Source of the DNA: the human T2T-CHM13v2.0 reference genome, Homo sapiens
Direction: 5' to 3' (one strand)
NCBI RefSeq assembly: GCF_009914755.1
Contig: NC_060941.1
Length of the DNA stretch: 64,000 nucleotides
Shown here piece by piece: positions 43,858 through 58,940 of this stretch; position 1 is the first letter of the stretch, and each line of letters starts with the position of its first letter. The position numbers and the translations under genes were made by a program. The notes under the pieces were generated by a model, which was not told the origin of the DNA, did no database searches, and worked only from the letters and a program-made list of their open reading frames with translations.

Positions 43858-44172
43858 AGCCAGGTGTGGTAGCTCATGCCTCTAATCCCAGCACTCTGGA
43901 AGACCCAGGCGGGAAGACTGCTTGAGCCCAGGAGTTCAAGACCAGCCCAGGCAATATAGCAAGATCTCATCTCTACCAAACATTTAAAAAATAAGATAAA
44001 AATTAGCCAGGTGCTCTGGCACACGCTTGTAGTCCCAGTTACTGGGAGGCTGAGGCAGGAGGATTGCCTCAGCCCAGGAGTTTGAGCTTGCAGTGAGCTA
44101 TGATGGTGCCACTGCATTCCAGCCCGGGTGATAGAGTGAAACTCCATCTTAAAAAAAAAAAAAAAAAAAAAA
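43858..44172 (+). mobile_element. Alu (AluJ-like)
   Basis: Sense Alu, head-to-head with previous. Confidence 0.92.
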
Positions 44173-45039
44173 GTGTATTACTACTTTATTCTGGGGGTTA
44201 ACTATTCTAGGGAGAATACACTTCCTGAAGAATTTTGAGGTATTTTAGAGATCTTGATGATACATTCTCCCTTCCTCTCCAACTATTGGTTAGTTTGCCC
44301 CATCTCATTTACTCTCAAAGCATTCTGTACTTCCACCTTCACATAACTTAACCATACAAGTCTAATAAAGACTTGCCTGTTCACCTACCTGCAATCAACA
44401 CCTCCATCCCCACCCATTTAGCAGAGCCTGGCATATAGGAAGTCAACAAAAGTTTGTTGATATGAATGAATGAATGTTTTTAAGGCCTATGTGGAAAAAA
44501 TACATAGAGATGCTTTTCTTACAGTAGCCAGCTTACTACCTTAAAAAGAATAGGAGCTTAAATATTTAGTTGCAAATGAGTAAATCATGGCTTGAAAATT
44601 TATTTGTAGAAAAATGTGCATCCCTTCAGTAATTTCTATGTTACTAAAATCTGAAATCTAACAAAACTTGACATTTAATAAAACTGAATACAATGTAATT
44701 TATACAGGTGACACCACACACCAAAAATCCTGCCCTGATATAGAAGACCGTGGACACTGGATCTTCCACACTCTTGTGATAGGAGAAAATTTCTATCTGA
44801 ATAGAAGACAAACTAGTACTAATAGCAAACTAATTTAATGGACATAAAAATATCTTGAGAAAATATTTCAGAAGTGCAATATTTGGTAATGCATTTATCA
44901 TACTGTTTCATAATTTCCAGCTAAATTCTGATACAATCATAGTTGAAAACATATACATATATATATTTTAAACTTTTAAAAAATGCTATATCAGTATATT
45001 AGGAAACATGGGAATGTAAAATATAAAACATGGGAATGT

Positions 45040-45700
45040 ATGTTAGGAAAAATGGTGCCACCAAATGTGAAAGACAGTATGGTAGTTCCTCAAAATATTA
45101 AAAATAGATTTACCATATGATCTAGCATTCCATTCCTGGGTATGCACCCAAAAGAATTGAAAGTAGAGGCCTGAAATTTATTTGCAAACTAATGTTCATG
45201 GCAGCATTATTCATAATAGCCAAAAAGTGGAAACACCCCAGATGTCCATCGATGGATGAACGGAGAAACAAAATGTGGTATGAACACACAATGGAATATT
45301 ATTCAGGATTAACAAGGAAAGACATTCTGACACATGCTATAACATGGATAAACCTTGAGAACATTATAATAAGTCATATAATAAGTTGTGACTAAGTCAG
45401 TCACAAAAGGACAAATATTGTATGATTCCATTTATATGAAGTACCTGGAATGAAAAAATTCATAGAGGCAGAAAGCATAATGGTGGTTACCAGGGTTGTG
45501 AAGAGGGAGGAATGGGAGTTATGGTCCAATGGGTAGAGTTTCAGTTTGAGATGATGACAAAGTTCTGGAAATGGGTAGTGGTGACAGCTGAACAACAATG
45601 TGAATGTACTTAATGCTACAGAAATACTGAACTGTACACTTAAAAGTGGCTAAAATGGTAATTTTATGTTACATATATTTTACTACAATAAAAAAATTAA
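45040..45700 (+). mobile_element. L1 (L1MB-like) 3' end
   Basis: 'gttcatggcagcattattcataatagcc', 'tatgattccatttatatga', 'gtacacttaaaagtggctaaaatgg'. Confidence 0.88.
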
Positions 45701-46336
45701 TAAGCATTTTGTAAAAAATGTTTGTATTTATTTCTCTATTTTTAAAACCTCCAATCGATTCAACTGACATGAACACCCCCCAAAAAGGAAAGAGTAGAAA
45801 AAAAGACATCATTAAGTTTAAAGGCAAACTCTAGAATCTACAGCCCACAAAACAGATGGTCAGTGACTATGTACACAAGGAATTGTCTTTTATGCCAAAG
45901 CAATGAGGAAAAAGTAACCTTGAAAAAAAATCCAGCTCTCACTTAAGCAGAAAAATATTTTCAGAAATCTGATTTACAAGTAAAATATGATGCTTATCAT
46001 TACTTATAAACTGCAGTTTTCACTAAAGAAATAGGGATAACATTACAAAGCATTAAGAAATAACTCTTACCAAGTCAGAACCACACCAATGGCAAAAGCA
46101 CATGATCACAAACCGCTAAATATTGGACAAAGACCAAAACCCTGAGCATGGGAGAGGCTGAAAGCACAATGAAAAACACTTCAAGTTAAGGATGAGTGAA
46201 AGAAGCTGACGTGGAAGCCAGGGATACTAATGGCAGGCATTATTTTCCAGAAAGGTCCTGGGTAAGAGGTCATTGTTCTGTGTAAGTAAATTGGATTCTG
46301 TTTGTTTTCTCCCGTGCTATCAGAAAGAAGACAGGA

Positions 46337-46794
<458 letters not shown>

Positions 46795-47496
46795 TTATTT
46801 CATATTATTTAAAGAGGTAAAAGGGGTAGAAAAGCTAACCTATTTTGAATGCCTGCTTCGTGCTAAGAGGCAAGGTGGTGCTAGATATGCATTTTCCTCA
46901 TTTAAACTTCAGAGCCACTCTATGGTGTTGTATTCTGTTCTATCAGTTCTGTTGGTGCCATACTACTATACTATATTCCTGCTATGGAAACGGAGGCACA
47001 CACATACAAGTCGGGTAAACCTGCTTAAAGCCACACTATTAGTAAGTGACAGTCAGAAGGCAGACCTTGGGTCTGACTCCAATGCTCAGGACTTAATCAC
47101 TGAGCTACACTGCCTCAATTCCACACAGACAGGAGAAAATAAGTTAGGAACAAAAATGGAAATGCTAGAAAGAAAATATGCTATGGTGTGTGCCAAAGTA
47201 AACTACAAAACATTTGCTTTTAAGATGAAATCTTGAAATAGTAGCAAAAAGAGAGTCATCTAACAGGGAGGAGCTAAGAAAGTATTAGAACAGGGGAACT
47301 AGATACTTAGATTAAGGGCATTTTTGAGTAAGGTCTTCTCAGGGTGCTTTCATTTACCTCCCCACCTTTTGGGACAGATATTTATCAGAACATCAGACAA
47401 AGTCATTTTCAAGTGGTGGATAAAATGATTTGGCTAAAAGTTATTTTATGCACTTTGAATTTATACACATACCTCTGGCTTTGCAGCCAGACCTGA

Positions 47497-47853
<357 letters not shown>

Positions 47854-48325
47854 TCATGTTGTTTTTTAAACTAACAAGGAAATGAGAGAGATACAGAAAC
47901 TAGAGTACATGCCTTGTGGGATTTTTGTGAAGCAGAAATGAAAAGTCCCTAGCATGAGACCTATCATAAATCGGTCTCTCCAACCCACTCACCGCTAATC
48001 AAATAAACAGACATCTCTTCTATGAATAATTTAATTCACATATCATCAAATTTTCCAGGTAACTGAAGCTTAGCCCTAGAGTCCTGTCTAAAGCTAGAGA
48101 GAAAAAGAGCTCCCAGAAAAGGCATGAGACAGTCTTCTTATGAATAAAGTTAACTGATTACAATATATATTTTAGTTTCCATTAAATAAATTTTACTTTA
48201 TTCTCTTTATCTGTGCTCTGGATAACTGAGGTAAACCGAGAAAGTGATAACATTTAAATCAAGATACTCAGCATTAGCACAAAATTCTCCATCTGATGAA
48301 AATATGTGGGATGCTCATTTTCGAA

Positions 48326-48429
48326 TAGTCAAGTGCAGTAGTGAGAAGGGGGTAAAGAGTAGAATAAGGAGTTTGATCTGCAAGTGACTGAACAATCAAC
48401 TGAGATAACTCACTACCTTCAGACCAGCC
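48326..48429 (-). pseudogene. Y1 RNA (RNY1-derived) pseudogene
   Basis: Reverse complement GGCTGGTCTGAAGGTAGTGAGTTATCTCAGTTGATTGTTCA...CTTCTCACTACTGCACTTGACTA matches hY1 over nearly full length with several substitutions and no poly-T terminator. Confidence 0.93.
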
Positions 48430-48883
48430 ACGATGCTTTAAATAGCATTTATCACACAATTATCATTGAATATAAGAAAATACTAAAAATGTATAACAGC
48501 ATAGTACCCCCAGGAGCTACTGTCCTAGATTAAAGTGGGATGACTGCAAGCAGGGTAGACAGAAAGAAGGCTGTGAAATACAGCAGAACATGAAGCTAAT
48601 AAAAATGAATGTGGCAGAGACATTATCTAGTGAAATAAGATGTTAAAAACACAGTAAATGAAAGGATACAGTGTTGTACTGCTCAGTGGTATGAACCCAT
48701 TTTTATTCTTTAAAATCATATAGGCATTTATCTAACCTATATAAGCAGAAAAAACTCTGGGCAGATAAACACAAAATATTAAGCATGGTTATCACTACAT
48801 GGAATAATTGGGTTTTTAAATTTTTCCTAATACTCATTTTCTGATTTTTCTACACAAAAAGCGTTTTTAAAAAATACCGATAT

Positions 48884-49218
<335 letters not shown>

Positions 49219-50199
49219 TTACTGACTTGTGATCAAGAGAATATTGTCAGACTTAAGAAAGTAGAAGTCAACACAATACTAAGCAGCAATTTAATAGAGT
49301 GCTAATCTAATCAGAAAAGGCTTCCAAAATTCTGCCGAGAAAGAGAATAACATTTTTTGAAGCACATGATATTCGCTTGGAGGAGAAAGAAACAGCTTTT
49401 TGTTATTTTTTGCTGTCTTAGATCACGCTGAGTTTTTACTGCAAGAAACCTATGAAAAGTACCCATTACTAATAGCACTCAGGTAAGTCCTCACAGATGA
49501 ATTTATTTCACTTTTGTTCTCACTAATTTGTGAACATTGCTTAGGAAACCCCAAGCTGATGGAGCATTAAGTGCTTTCAGATAATGAGATACTTAGTAAT
49601 CCAACTAAAATATCTGTTTAAAGAGGAATGTGAGCATAGGGCTTCCACTAATTTGTTTTTAGAATGATGGCTTAGGATCACTTACAAAGTAACATATGCT
49701 CAAATCTAAATAAACAAGGTAAACAGCAATGTAATTAATTATTGATGCAATACAAAGTAATAACCAGAATTGTGTGCTGTTAAAACAATGTACTGCATTT
49801 AATAACTCAATTTGTGCCCCAGAGAATAAGATTACTTTTCTACATACTTAAATGCTGGGGTGTTTGTACTTAGGTTTACATATTATTCTTAAACAAATAT
49901 TTAGGTAAGTTCTCAGTGATATGCTGCTTTCATTTCCTGGAATTTGAATGGCCTGATCAGGTAACCAGGGATGCTGTTGTCATTACACATAAGGGCAAGG
50001 CATCTTTTACCATCTCCTAACTTTTCTAGGTGAGGCAATGCAGGGGAAACTAACCTTGGAGTCCAACACACCTGGGTCCTCATCTCAGCTCAGCTGTGTA
50101 ATTTTGGTCATCATCTCACTAGGATTCTGCAGTGTCATGTATACACTAGATCTTAGCCAAAAGGCCACGAAGCGATACATTGTCATGTATAATATGGGG

Positions 50200-50380
50200 G
50201 TTTTCTTTTTTCTTTCTTTCTTTTTTTTTTTGAGACAGGGTCTTGCTCTGCTGCCCAGGCAATGGTACAATCATGGCTCACTGCAGCCTCAGCCTCCCTG
50301 GGCTCAGGTAACTCTCCCACCTCAGCTCCCTTGACTCCACTGCTGGAACTACAGGCACGCACCACCACACCTGGCTAATT
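50200..50380 (-). mobile_element. Alu right-arm fragment (AluJ/FRAM-like)
   Basis: Antisense right monomer abutting next Alu. Confidence 0.82.
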
Positions 50381-50697
50381 TTTTTCTTTCTTCTTTTTTT
50401 TTTTTTTGTATTTTTTTTGACATGGAGTCACGCTCTGTCACCCAGGCTGAAGTGCAGTGGCACAATCTTGGCTCACTGCAAGCTCCACCTCCTGGTTCAT
50501 GCCTTTCTCCTGCCTCAGCCTCCCGAGTAGCTGGGACTACAGGCGCCCGCCACCACGCCCAGCTAATTTTTGTATTTTTAGTAGACACGGAGTTTCACCG
50601 TGTTAGCCAGGATGGTCTCGATCTCCTGACCTTGCGATCTGCCCGCCTCGGCCTCCCAAAGTGCTGGGATTACAGGTGTGAGCCACTGGGCCCGGCT
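50381..50697 (-). mobile_element. AluY-like
   Basis: 'gcaagctccacc', 'ccgtgttagccaggatgg'. Confidence 0.93.
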
Positions 50698-51129
50698 CCT
50701 AATTATGTATTTTGCATTTGTTAAAATTAACTTGCAGTCTGTGAATACACATGAATGAGAAGAGCAAGCTAAGAAAAAATTAGGTGTTCTGAGTAAAAGC
50801 AGCTGCATTAAAATGGCGAATTTCACCAATTTTATTGACGTGAGAAAAAGGCATGCTTTATTTTTAAACGAAAAGTAAATGTAAAGAATAGAAGTTATAT
50901 ATGATTTAAGAATCTACTGTTCTTTAAAATACAAAGAACTAAGAACTTTTAACTTTGGTACAAGTTGGCAGCTTAATTTATCTGATCTATAAAATGTTTT
51001 TATGCCTACAAAACAATCTGAAATTTCTCCCAAGGGACGTTTACATTATTTTAAAGTAGTGTTGTATATGGTACTCCCCCGAGTCTCGGGTGCTCAAATC
51101 ATAAACTATGCTCACAGTAACAAGTTCCC

Positions 51130-52240
51130 TCAGAATTAATTTATATTTCCAGCTTGGACTTCTAACCCAAATCTCAGAACTGTACATCCACTTGCCTACT
51201 TAGCATTTCTACTTGGATGTCTAGTGGCCACTTCAAACGTAGCATGTTAACACTGAGCCCCTGATAGTGTCCCACACCTGCTCCTCCTGCTCGCTATACC
51301 CCATGTCTCATCTGTCAGTAAAGTATGTCCAGAATCCATTTATCTTCAAAGTATATCTAGAATCTGTTTATCTTCAAAGTACATACAGAAGCCACCCGTC
51401 TTCAAAGTATATCGAGAATCCATCTATCTTCAAAGTATAAACACAATCTATCTCTCTTCAAAGCATATCTAGAGTCTGACTACTTCTCACCACCTCTGCT
51501 GCGATCACCCAGGTCCAAGTCACTATCACCTCTCCCACCTGAATTATTGTATAGCTTCTTAGCCAAATGGTTCCCCTTCAATTTATTCTTAAAACAGCAG
51601 CCGGAGTAATTCCGTTAACATGTAAGTCACATCATGCCATTCCTCTGCTCAAACTCTCCAATGGCACCCCAGCTCCAATGGCACCCCAGGAAAAATGTCA
51701 AGTCTTTCTATCAGCCTTCCTGGCCTTACTGGCCTTCCTGACCCTGATCCGCCCACAGCTCTGACCGGATCTCCTTCTGCTCTCCTCTTCACACACGCTT
51801 CACTCCAGCCTTACTGGCCACCTCCTTGCTCCTCTGAACACACTAGGCAAGCTCCCATCAACAGGTCTCTGCATCTGCTGTTCCCTCTGCCTGGAAGTCT
51901 CTCCTCCCAGCTGTCTGCGTGGTTCACCTTCCTTCAATTCTTTCTTCAAATGCCACCTTCTCAGTGAGGCCTTCCCTGGCCATTCTAGATAAGACCCCCT
52001 ACTACACCTCCGAACACTCCCTCTCTCCACATTGTGCTTTTTCTCCACAGCATTTATCACCAACTAATGCACTATATACTTTGCTTCTTTATCATTATTT
52101 TTAGTCTGTCTCCCCCCACTAGAATTAAAACTCCATGAAGGCTTGCATTTTTGTCTTTTTTGCTTACTATTTTACCTGTCAAGACAAGGATGGTGCTCAG
52201 CATATTGTAGGCGCCCAACAGATGTTTGCTGAATAAATGA
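51130..52240 (+). mobile_element. L2 LINE 3' region
   Basis: L2 motifs 'ccttctcagtgaggccttccctg', 'tctgtctccccccactaga', tail 'tgctgaataaatgaa'. Confidence 0.8.
51320..51486. repeat. 28-bp x6 degenerate minisatellite inside L2
   Basis: Units start 51320, 51348, 51376, 51404, 51432, 51460; consensus about AAAGTATATCYAGAATCYRTYTATCTTC. Confidence 0.9.
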
Positions 52241-52831
52241 ACTTCTCCGAAATGTAATAATACCTGATAATATGTTTAGCCTGATCAATATTAATTAAGT
52301 ACAACAGACAGAAGTCCCAGAATTGTCATCAAATTAGTAGAACACTTTGGGAGGGATAACAAATTGCTCATTCATTCATTATTCCAGTCACTGGAAAAAC
52401 AGAAATGAACAAGTACATATGATACCTGTCCTCATGGAGCTTGCAGTCAAAGTGAAGGTGTCCACTCCCCTGCCCCATAACCAGAACCAAACAGTGCCTG
52501 TGGGTAAGGCCAAGGTCACCTGGCCCCCAGTTCTCCAAGCTAACAACATGTGAATTATCCTCAATTCTTTCTTCTCCCTCACCTTCCAAAACAATTACCC
52601 AATTTGTCATCAAGACCTCTTGAGTCTACCTGAGGAACGTTCCAAATGCAGTCCAACTCTCCAACTCCACTATCATTCAATTCCTCATCCTACATCATCT
52701 GCCACTTGAGAACTGCAGCATTCTCCAAACTAGGATCTCACCACAGGCTCTCCTACTCCAATCTGTCTTACAACCTTAGCTGGAGTTACCTGCCCCAAAA
52801 CAAACACTGTTCCTTTTCTTAAACATTTTTT

Positions 52832-53146
<315 letters not shown>

Positions 53147-54469
53147 TCAACCGCTTCCCATTGCCTACAAAAGGATATATACAAGGTCCTGCACAGTCTG
53201 GTCCCAAACATACCTTGACAAGTACAAACACAGCTCTGGTTTTTGGTTTTGCTTTCTTTTGGGGTTTTTTTTTTTTTGGTTTTGTGTTTGTTTGTTTTGC
53301 CAGATACCATACCCTGCCTGGCTGCTTGGCAAATACCCATTAATCCATTATTCAATACTCAACTAAAATGTTACCCCTTCTGTGAAGCTCTCTCCTATTC
53401 CCTGCACAACAGCACATTTCCCTCCTCTAAGCTCCTATAACATTTGTTATACTTCTGTCACAGCACTGAAAAACATGATCTGTTATCATTTGCATAGCTT
53501 CCTTGGTCACTACTGAAAGGACCATGACTTAGTTATTTTCGGATACTCTATGCTTAGTAGAGGGCCTACAACAGAAATGCACTCAATAAATAACTTGAAT
53601 AAATGAATGAATAGCATTGTCACAAAGAGCTTTCTTACACGGCCCTGAAATGGATTCCCTGGCATAGGTTCTACCTACTGTTACTGGTTCTGCTTGAGAT
53701 CACAGAGAACATAACCTACTCTTGTTCACATGGATGCCTTCTGATTTGAAAGCAGACATCAAGTCCTTCTGGGTCTTTCTTCTCCCAGACAAGCATGAGT
53801 AGGTCTTTCAGCTTTTGTCACATATCACAAGCTCACATCTCTTTAACACCTGGTCATGCTTCTTCTGAATTCATCCTAGATTATTTATATCCCTTTAGAA
53901 CGGTGGCACCTAAAACCAAGTGAATATTAATTCCTTTGTTGTAGTCACAACTCTTCAAGTAATCTAACCTAAAAGAGAATTAAGATTTGGGGGTTTACAC
54001 TAACTGTTGGTTCATACTGCGCTCACTATGGACTGAAAATTACTTTTAAATGTTTTAAATAAGATTTGTTTGCTTTCATTATGAGTATAATGCTCATTCA
54101 TATTTTTGTAAGCTAAAAATAGGAAGAAAAACAAATCTCATTAACCAAAGACATCTAAACCACTGCATATATTTTGGTAAATTAGTATTTTAATGCAAAG
54201 GGGGTTGTGTTTTACACTCCTCCAACCATATGATATATTCACAATTTATACATATTGCAACATATAATATTTTTAAGTATTTCTAGTTGACAGTAACTGC
54301 CATTTTTACCTATTAACCATATGCTATTCTAACAACAATCCTGCAAGTGTATTTGTGATTTAGAGAAGAGCATACTGAAGCTTAGGAAAATTAAGTGACT
54401 TGCTCAAGGCCATGTGTTATTTTTCCCTCAGTTTATCAGTAAGGAATGTTAAAGAGCACATATAGGGCA

Positions 54470-55450
54470 TAGTTTGCTGAATTTGGACACATGGATAGTC
54501 CTAACCCCCTTAGAGATCAATATATAGAATATTTCCATCACACCAGAGGGTTCTCTTCTGCTCATTCCCAGTTAATTCTCCCACCCAGGGGTAACCACTA
54601 TTCTGCCTTCTATGACGATCAGTCACTAATCAATTTGCCTACTCTTCCATCAAATCAGTGGAATCATTTAGTATGTACTCTTTTGGTCTATCTTCCTTTG
54701 TTCAACATAGTGTTAGTGAGAATCATTCATGTTGTTGTGTGTGTCACTAATTTGTTATTTCATTATCACCATACAGTATTCTATATAGGAATATACCACA
54801 ATTTAATTACATTAACTATTATAGTTACATAATGACATCATATAATTATATTAATTATTACATTAGATTATACCACGGTTAAGCCATTCTCCTGTTTATG
54901 AACATTTGGATTATTTTCAGTTTTGGTTTAGTTTGAATGAAGCTACTCTTTTTACACTTTTAAAAGTCTCTTGGTAGACATGAATTCTTCTCCTGAGTAT
55001 ATACCTAGGAGTTAAATCGCTAGGTCATAGGATAGGTATAGAGTTAGCCTGAGGAGATACTGCCAGTTTTCCAAAGTGGCTGAAGTAATTTACATGTTTC
55101 CCAGCAATGTGTAAGAGTTCCAGTTGCTTCATATCCTCACCAATATTTTTTTCCTTTTTTTTAAATGGTTCATTCTGAATCCTCACCAATATTTGATTTT
55201 TGTCAGTTTTTAAAATTTTAGCCATTCTGATGAGTGTGTAATATTATCTCATTGTAGTTTTAGCTCCCATTTTCTTGATGTGCAATGATGTTGTGGACTT
55301 TTTAAATGTTTATTGATCATTTGGTTATCTTCTTTTCAAAGTGCCTGCCTTTTCTTTTTTTTTTTTTTAACTGGGCTGTTTGTCTTTTTTTTTTTTCTTT
55401 TGGTAGTTCTTTAAATGTTCTAGCTATGAGTGCTTTGTCAAATCTTATAT
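54470..55450 (-). mobile_element. Old L1 (L1ME-like) remnant
   Basis: 'attcatgttgttgtgtg', 'atatacctaggag', 'ttagccattctgatgagtgtg..tatctcattgtagtttt'; boundaries approximate. Confidence 0.7.
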
Positions 55451-58400
55451 TATATAGGACCATAATATATAATAAAAATCTTTTCCCAGACTGTGGCTCA
55501 TGTTCATTGTTAATGGCTATGCATTACTCAATTAGATCTAACCACCGTTTAATGATTCTCTTACTGCTGGACATTTAGATTATTTTCTTTCTTTCTTTTT
55601 GCATCCCTAGGTGGGCACAAATAGACTATTTCTAATTTTTGCTTTAATTAAACACTGATAACCAAAATTTAAAGCTTTATTTGTATCTAAAATCTTTCCT
55701 TCATCCATACTCACAGAAGTTGAATTACTGAATTAATGTACACAACCATTTGGTATTGATGCAGACAGAGCCAAACTGGTTCAGAAAAATTCTATCAGTT
55801 GATACTGGTGCCCAATAATGCATCATAATACCAACTCACCATGTCCTCACCAACTCTGGCTTTTCCCCTATTTTTTATCAGTCTGATAGGACAAAAAATT
55901 TGTATTTCATTGTTTTAATGTTTAACTCAGTGATTACTAGTAAAATCGAAATTACTTTTGTTTAGTCATTTATATTCTCATTTTCATAAACGGTCTTCAT
56001 TTTGTGTATGCATTTATCAAGTGCTTTTTAGAGTTCTTCTCATTCACTAAGGTATTGTGCTTTTCTTTTCATATAATACAACATTTTTATTTTTATATTT
56101 ACTGCAATCATTTCCCAAGATGTAATGTTCTTTGTGCTTTTCAAATTTTTATGTAGTTGGATCGGTGATCACACCCAAGCTTAGAAATATTTTTTCCCTA
56201 CAATATTCCCCATAAATCTAAGTATTTCCCTATAAATATTCATGTCAAACTATATTCTTAAAATTAAAAAAATTAACTCTTTAATGCCTTAGCAACCTTT
56301 TTGGGGGTACTATTAACATACTGGTCTCATCTCTAACTCTTATCTTTTTCCAAATTAATAACCAGCTCTGGCAATACCATTTATCAAATATTCTTTTCCT
56401 CTTCAGATTTATGATGCATACCTTATCATTTATTAAATTTTTAGACACGAAATAGTCTGCTTCTGGACTGTCTTTTCAGTTCCATCGATTTGGTCTTAGC
56501 CTTATAATTATTTCATTTGACCAATATTTACTAAGCACCTGCATCACGTTAGATTGTAGGGATAAAACAGGGAACGAGACATAGTGACTAGATAGTCACT
56601 ATTTTTATGGTGCTTGAAGGCTAGTGAGAAGATGGAGACAAGTAAACAGACAGACGGGAAAAGTACAGGCAAGAGCTCAGGCTGGAGAAGTATTAAGGGC
56701 GAGATCACACAGGATATTAAAGATCTAAAAAATGAGTTTGCACTTTATCTTGAGAGCAAAGTAAGCCACCGAAGGGCTTCATCGGGGGCAAAGTGTTCAG
56801 ATAGGCATTTTAGAAAGATCACTTTATCTATAAGAAAATAAAAATAATTTACTAGAGGAAGTCAGGAGTACAGTCAAGGAGCCCACTTAAGGGACTATGA
56901 GGAATATTAACAACTGACTCAATACTCTTCTTCAAACTTTTCTATGCTACTTTCACATATTTAGTTTCCACATAAACTTTGAAATTGTTTAGTCAATTTC
57001 CCTCCTATACACCCAACTCCAATCCAATTGTGATTTTATTTGGAAGTACACTAAATGCTTAATATATGAAAAATTACAACTTGATTACATATAATTTTCC
57101 ATAAGGTTTTTAAACAATTGCTATTCAGCCATGTTTCCTTCCATCATATATTTTTGCAAGAATAACATAAGTTGTTAGCAAAACAAAAAACAAGAAAAAC
57201 AAGCAGAGTAGGAACACCTTAATAGTTTGTCTCAAAGTACAGGAAATGTCAAGAACTAAAGGAAAGCAAAAGCAAAAAGGACTAAGTCTAAGCCAAGAAG
57301 GTAGACTAAGCTGTTGGAGAGAACTATATGGACAATTTGTTAATTCAGTGTTAAACAGAGGTATACCTTGGTCCCAAGGAAGAAAGAACCTTATTTTTCC
57401 AAGAGCCAAGAAGTGAATAAAGAAAAAACTTCAACCTGAATTCAAAGCAAGCTGGAGCCTTATCAAAATAATTGTAACCTATAGTGGCAGGGCCTAAGAA
57501 CCAAAGGAGTGGAAAAGACCTGCCAGAGAATTTAAGTGCTTTTAAATTGGGCCAGACTAAGTTAGGAGTAATTGCGTGTGGCTTTAATCAGTTTGAGTTT
57601 GGATTCTCTCATACCATAGTGCAGTAAGGCTGTGAACCTGGAAACACTGTGAGCTGGAATATGGACAGCAAGTTGAAGGTAAGGGGCAATTCCAGAGAAA
57701 GGCAGAGGATGAAGGGAAGCATGGGGAAGGAAGCTCACCCTATAGGAAGAGATTAATCCTCCTCAACCTCTTCAGTACAAACAAGACAGGACACATAATT
57801 CTGTGAGTGGACAAAACAGAGATACTGCTCATATTTTTAGGCCTGTATTTACTCTCAGGATTTTTAATGCATTTTTTCCACAGGGGATTTGTTATTCTGA
57901 AAATGGGTTGAGTCTTATTTTGCAACGTGAATAGTGAGATATTTAATACAAGGCAAAATTTAAGAAATTGAAGATCTGACGGTCTGACAAAACTACCAGA
58001 CACATAATGCCAAAAAGACATAGTTCTCATTCACTTTCCTTTCCAGGGCTGCCATTCAAAGCCGTCTCCTTTTAGAAAGAAAGAATATTTACACAAAAGA
58101 TCTTGTTTCAATTACAATTTTCTTGTTCCATCTTTTTATGTGGGCAGAGCATAATTCCTTCATTCAGGAGATGTTTACCCCACTGGAGGCACTAGGGCTA
58201 TAAAGATGAAAAGAGAGATGTAGTTCTTATCCTCCTGGGGTTCATATACAACAGATTATACAGATAAATAATTAGATAATTACAACAAAAAGCCCAGGGT
58301 GTTACTGGCGCACACTGGAGAGGATCTGGGGAGTTCAGGAAGCAGCCTGGAGGAAATGGCATCTAAAGGAAGGTTGCAAGGGTATCTCATACGACCCAAG

Positions 58401-58940
58401 GGTTAGGACCAAGATAATTAGAACCAGATTCTGGAACAGAGCTTTTCTCAACGTGGGAGTGATTTACAAGTATGACCTCTCAGAACACTGCAGAGTACAG
58501 CTTTTTAACCTGGGTTCAGATTACAGGTGTGTCCGCCAGCCATAAGCACAGCCTTGTCCATCTCCTTCAATGGGCAGTATTTATATTACCATTTGCTATG
58601 TGTGTCATGACATAAAAAAGGTTAGGAATCACTGCTTGTAAAGAACTAAGGAAATGTTTTTGCCTTTTGGCTATAATTCATTCTTATTCTCTCCCTCTCT
58701 TACTCTCTCGTCTTTCTTTCCCCTCATTCTTCTCTACTCTTTTCTACTCTTCAACCCTCAGAACTTGACTCCCAACAATTCCAAAACATACACATTCTGA
58801 ATTTCAGCCACCAAAACAGAGAGAAAGATGATTTCATTTCAAATATAAAGTCCTGGGGAAGAACTGTGGTTGGTCCAGCTTGAGTCAGATGCCCATCCTT
58901 GGACAAATCAACAGTGACCAAAAGGCAGGAATGTCTTGTG

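Noticed and set aside
48326-48429. Functional Y1 RNA gene
   Set aside because: Multiple substitutions and small deletions versus hY1, no poly-T terminator and no recognisable upstream type-3 Pol III promoter.
51320-51486. Regularly spaced 28-bp repeats as a CRISPR-like array
   Set aside because: Head-to-tail units with no unique spacers, eukaryotic context, L2-derived.
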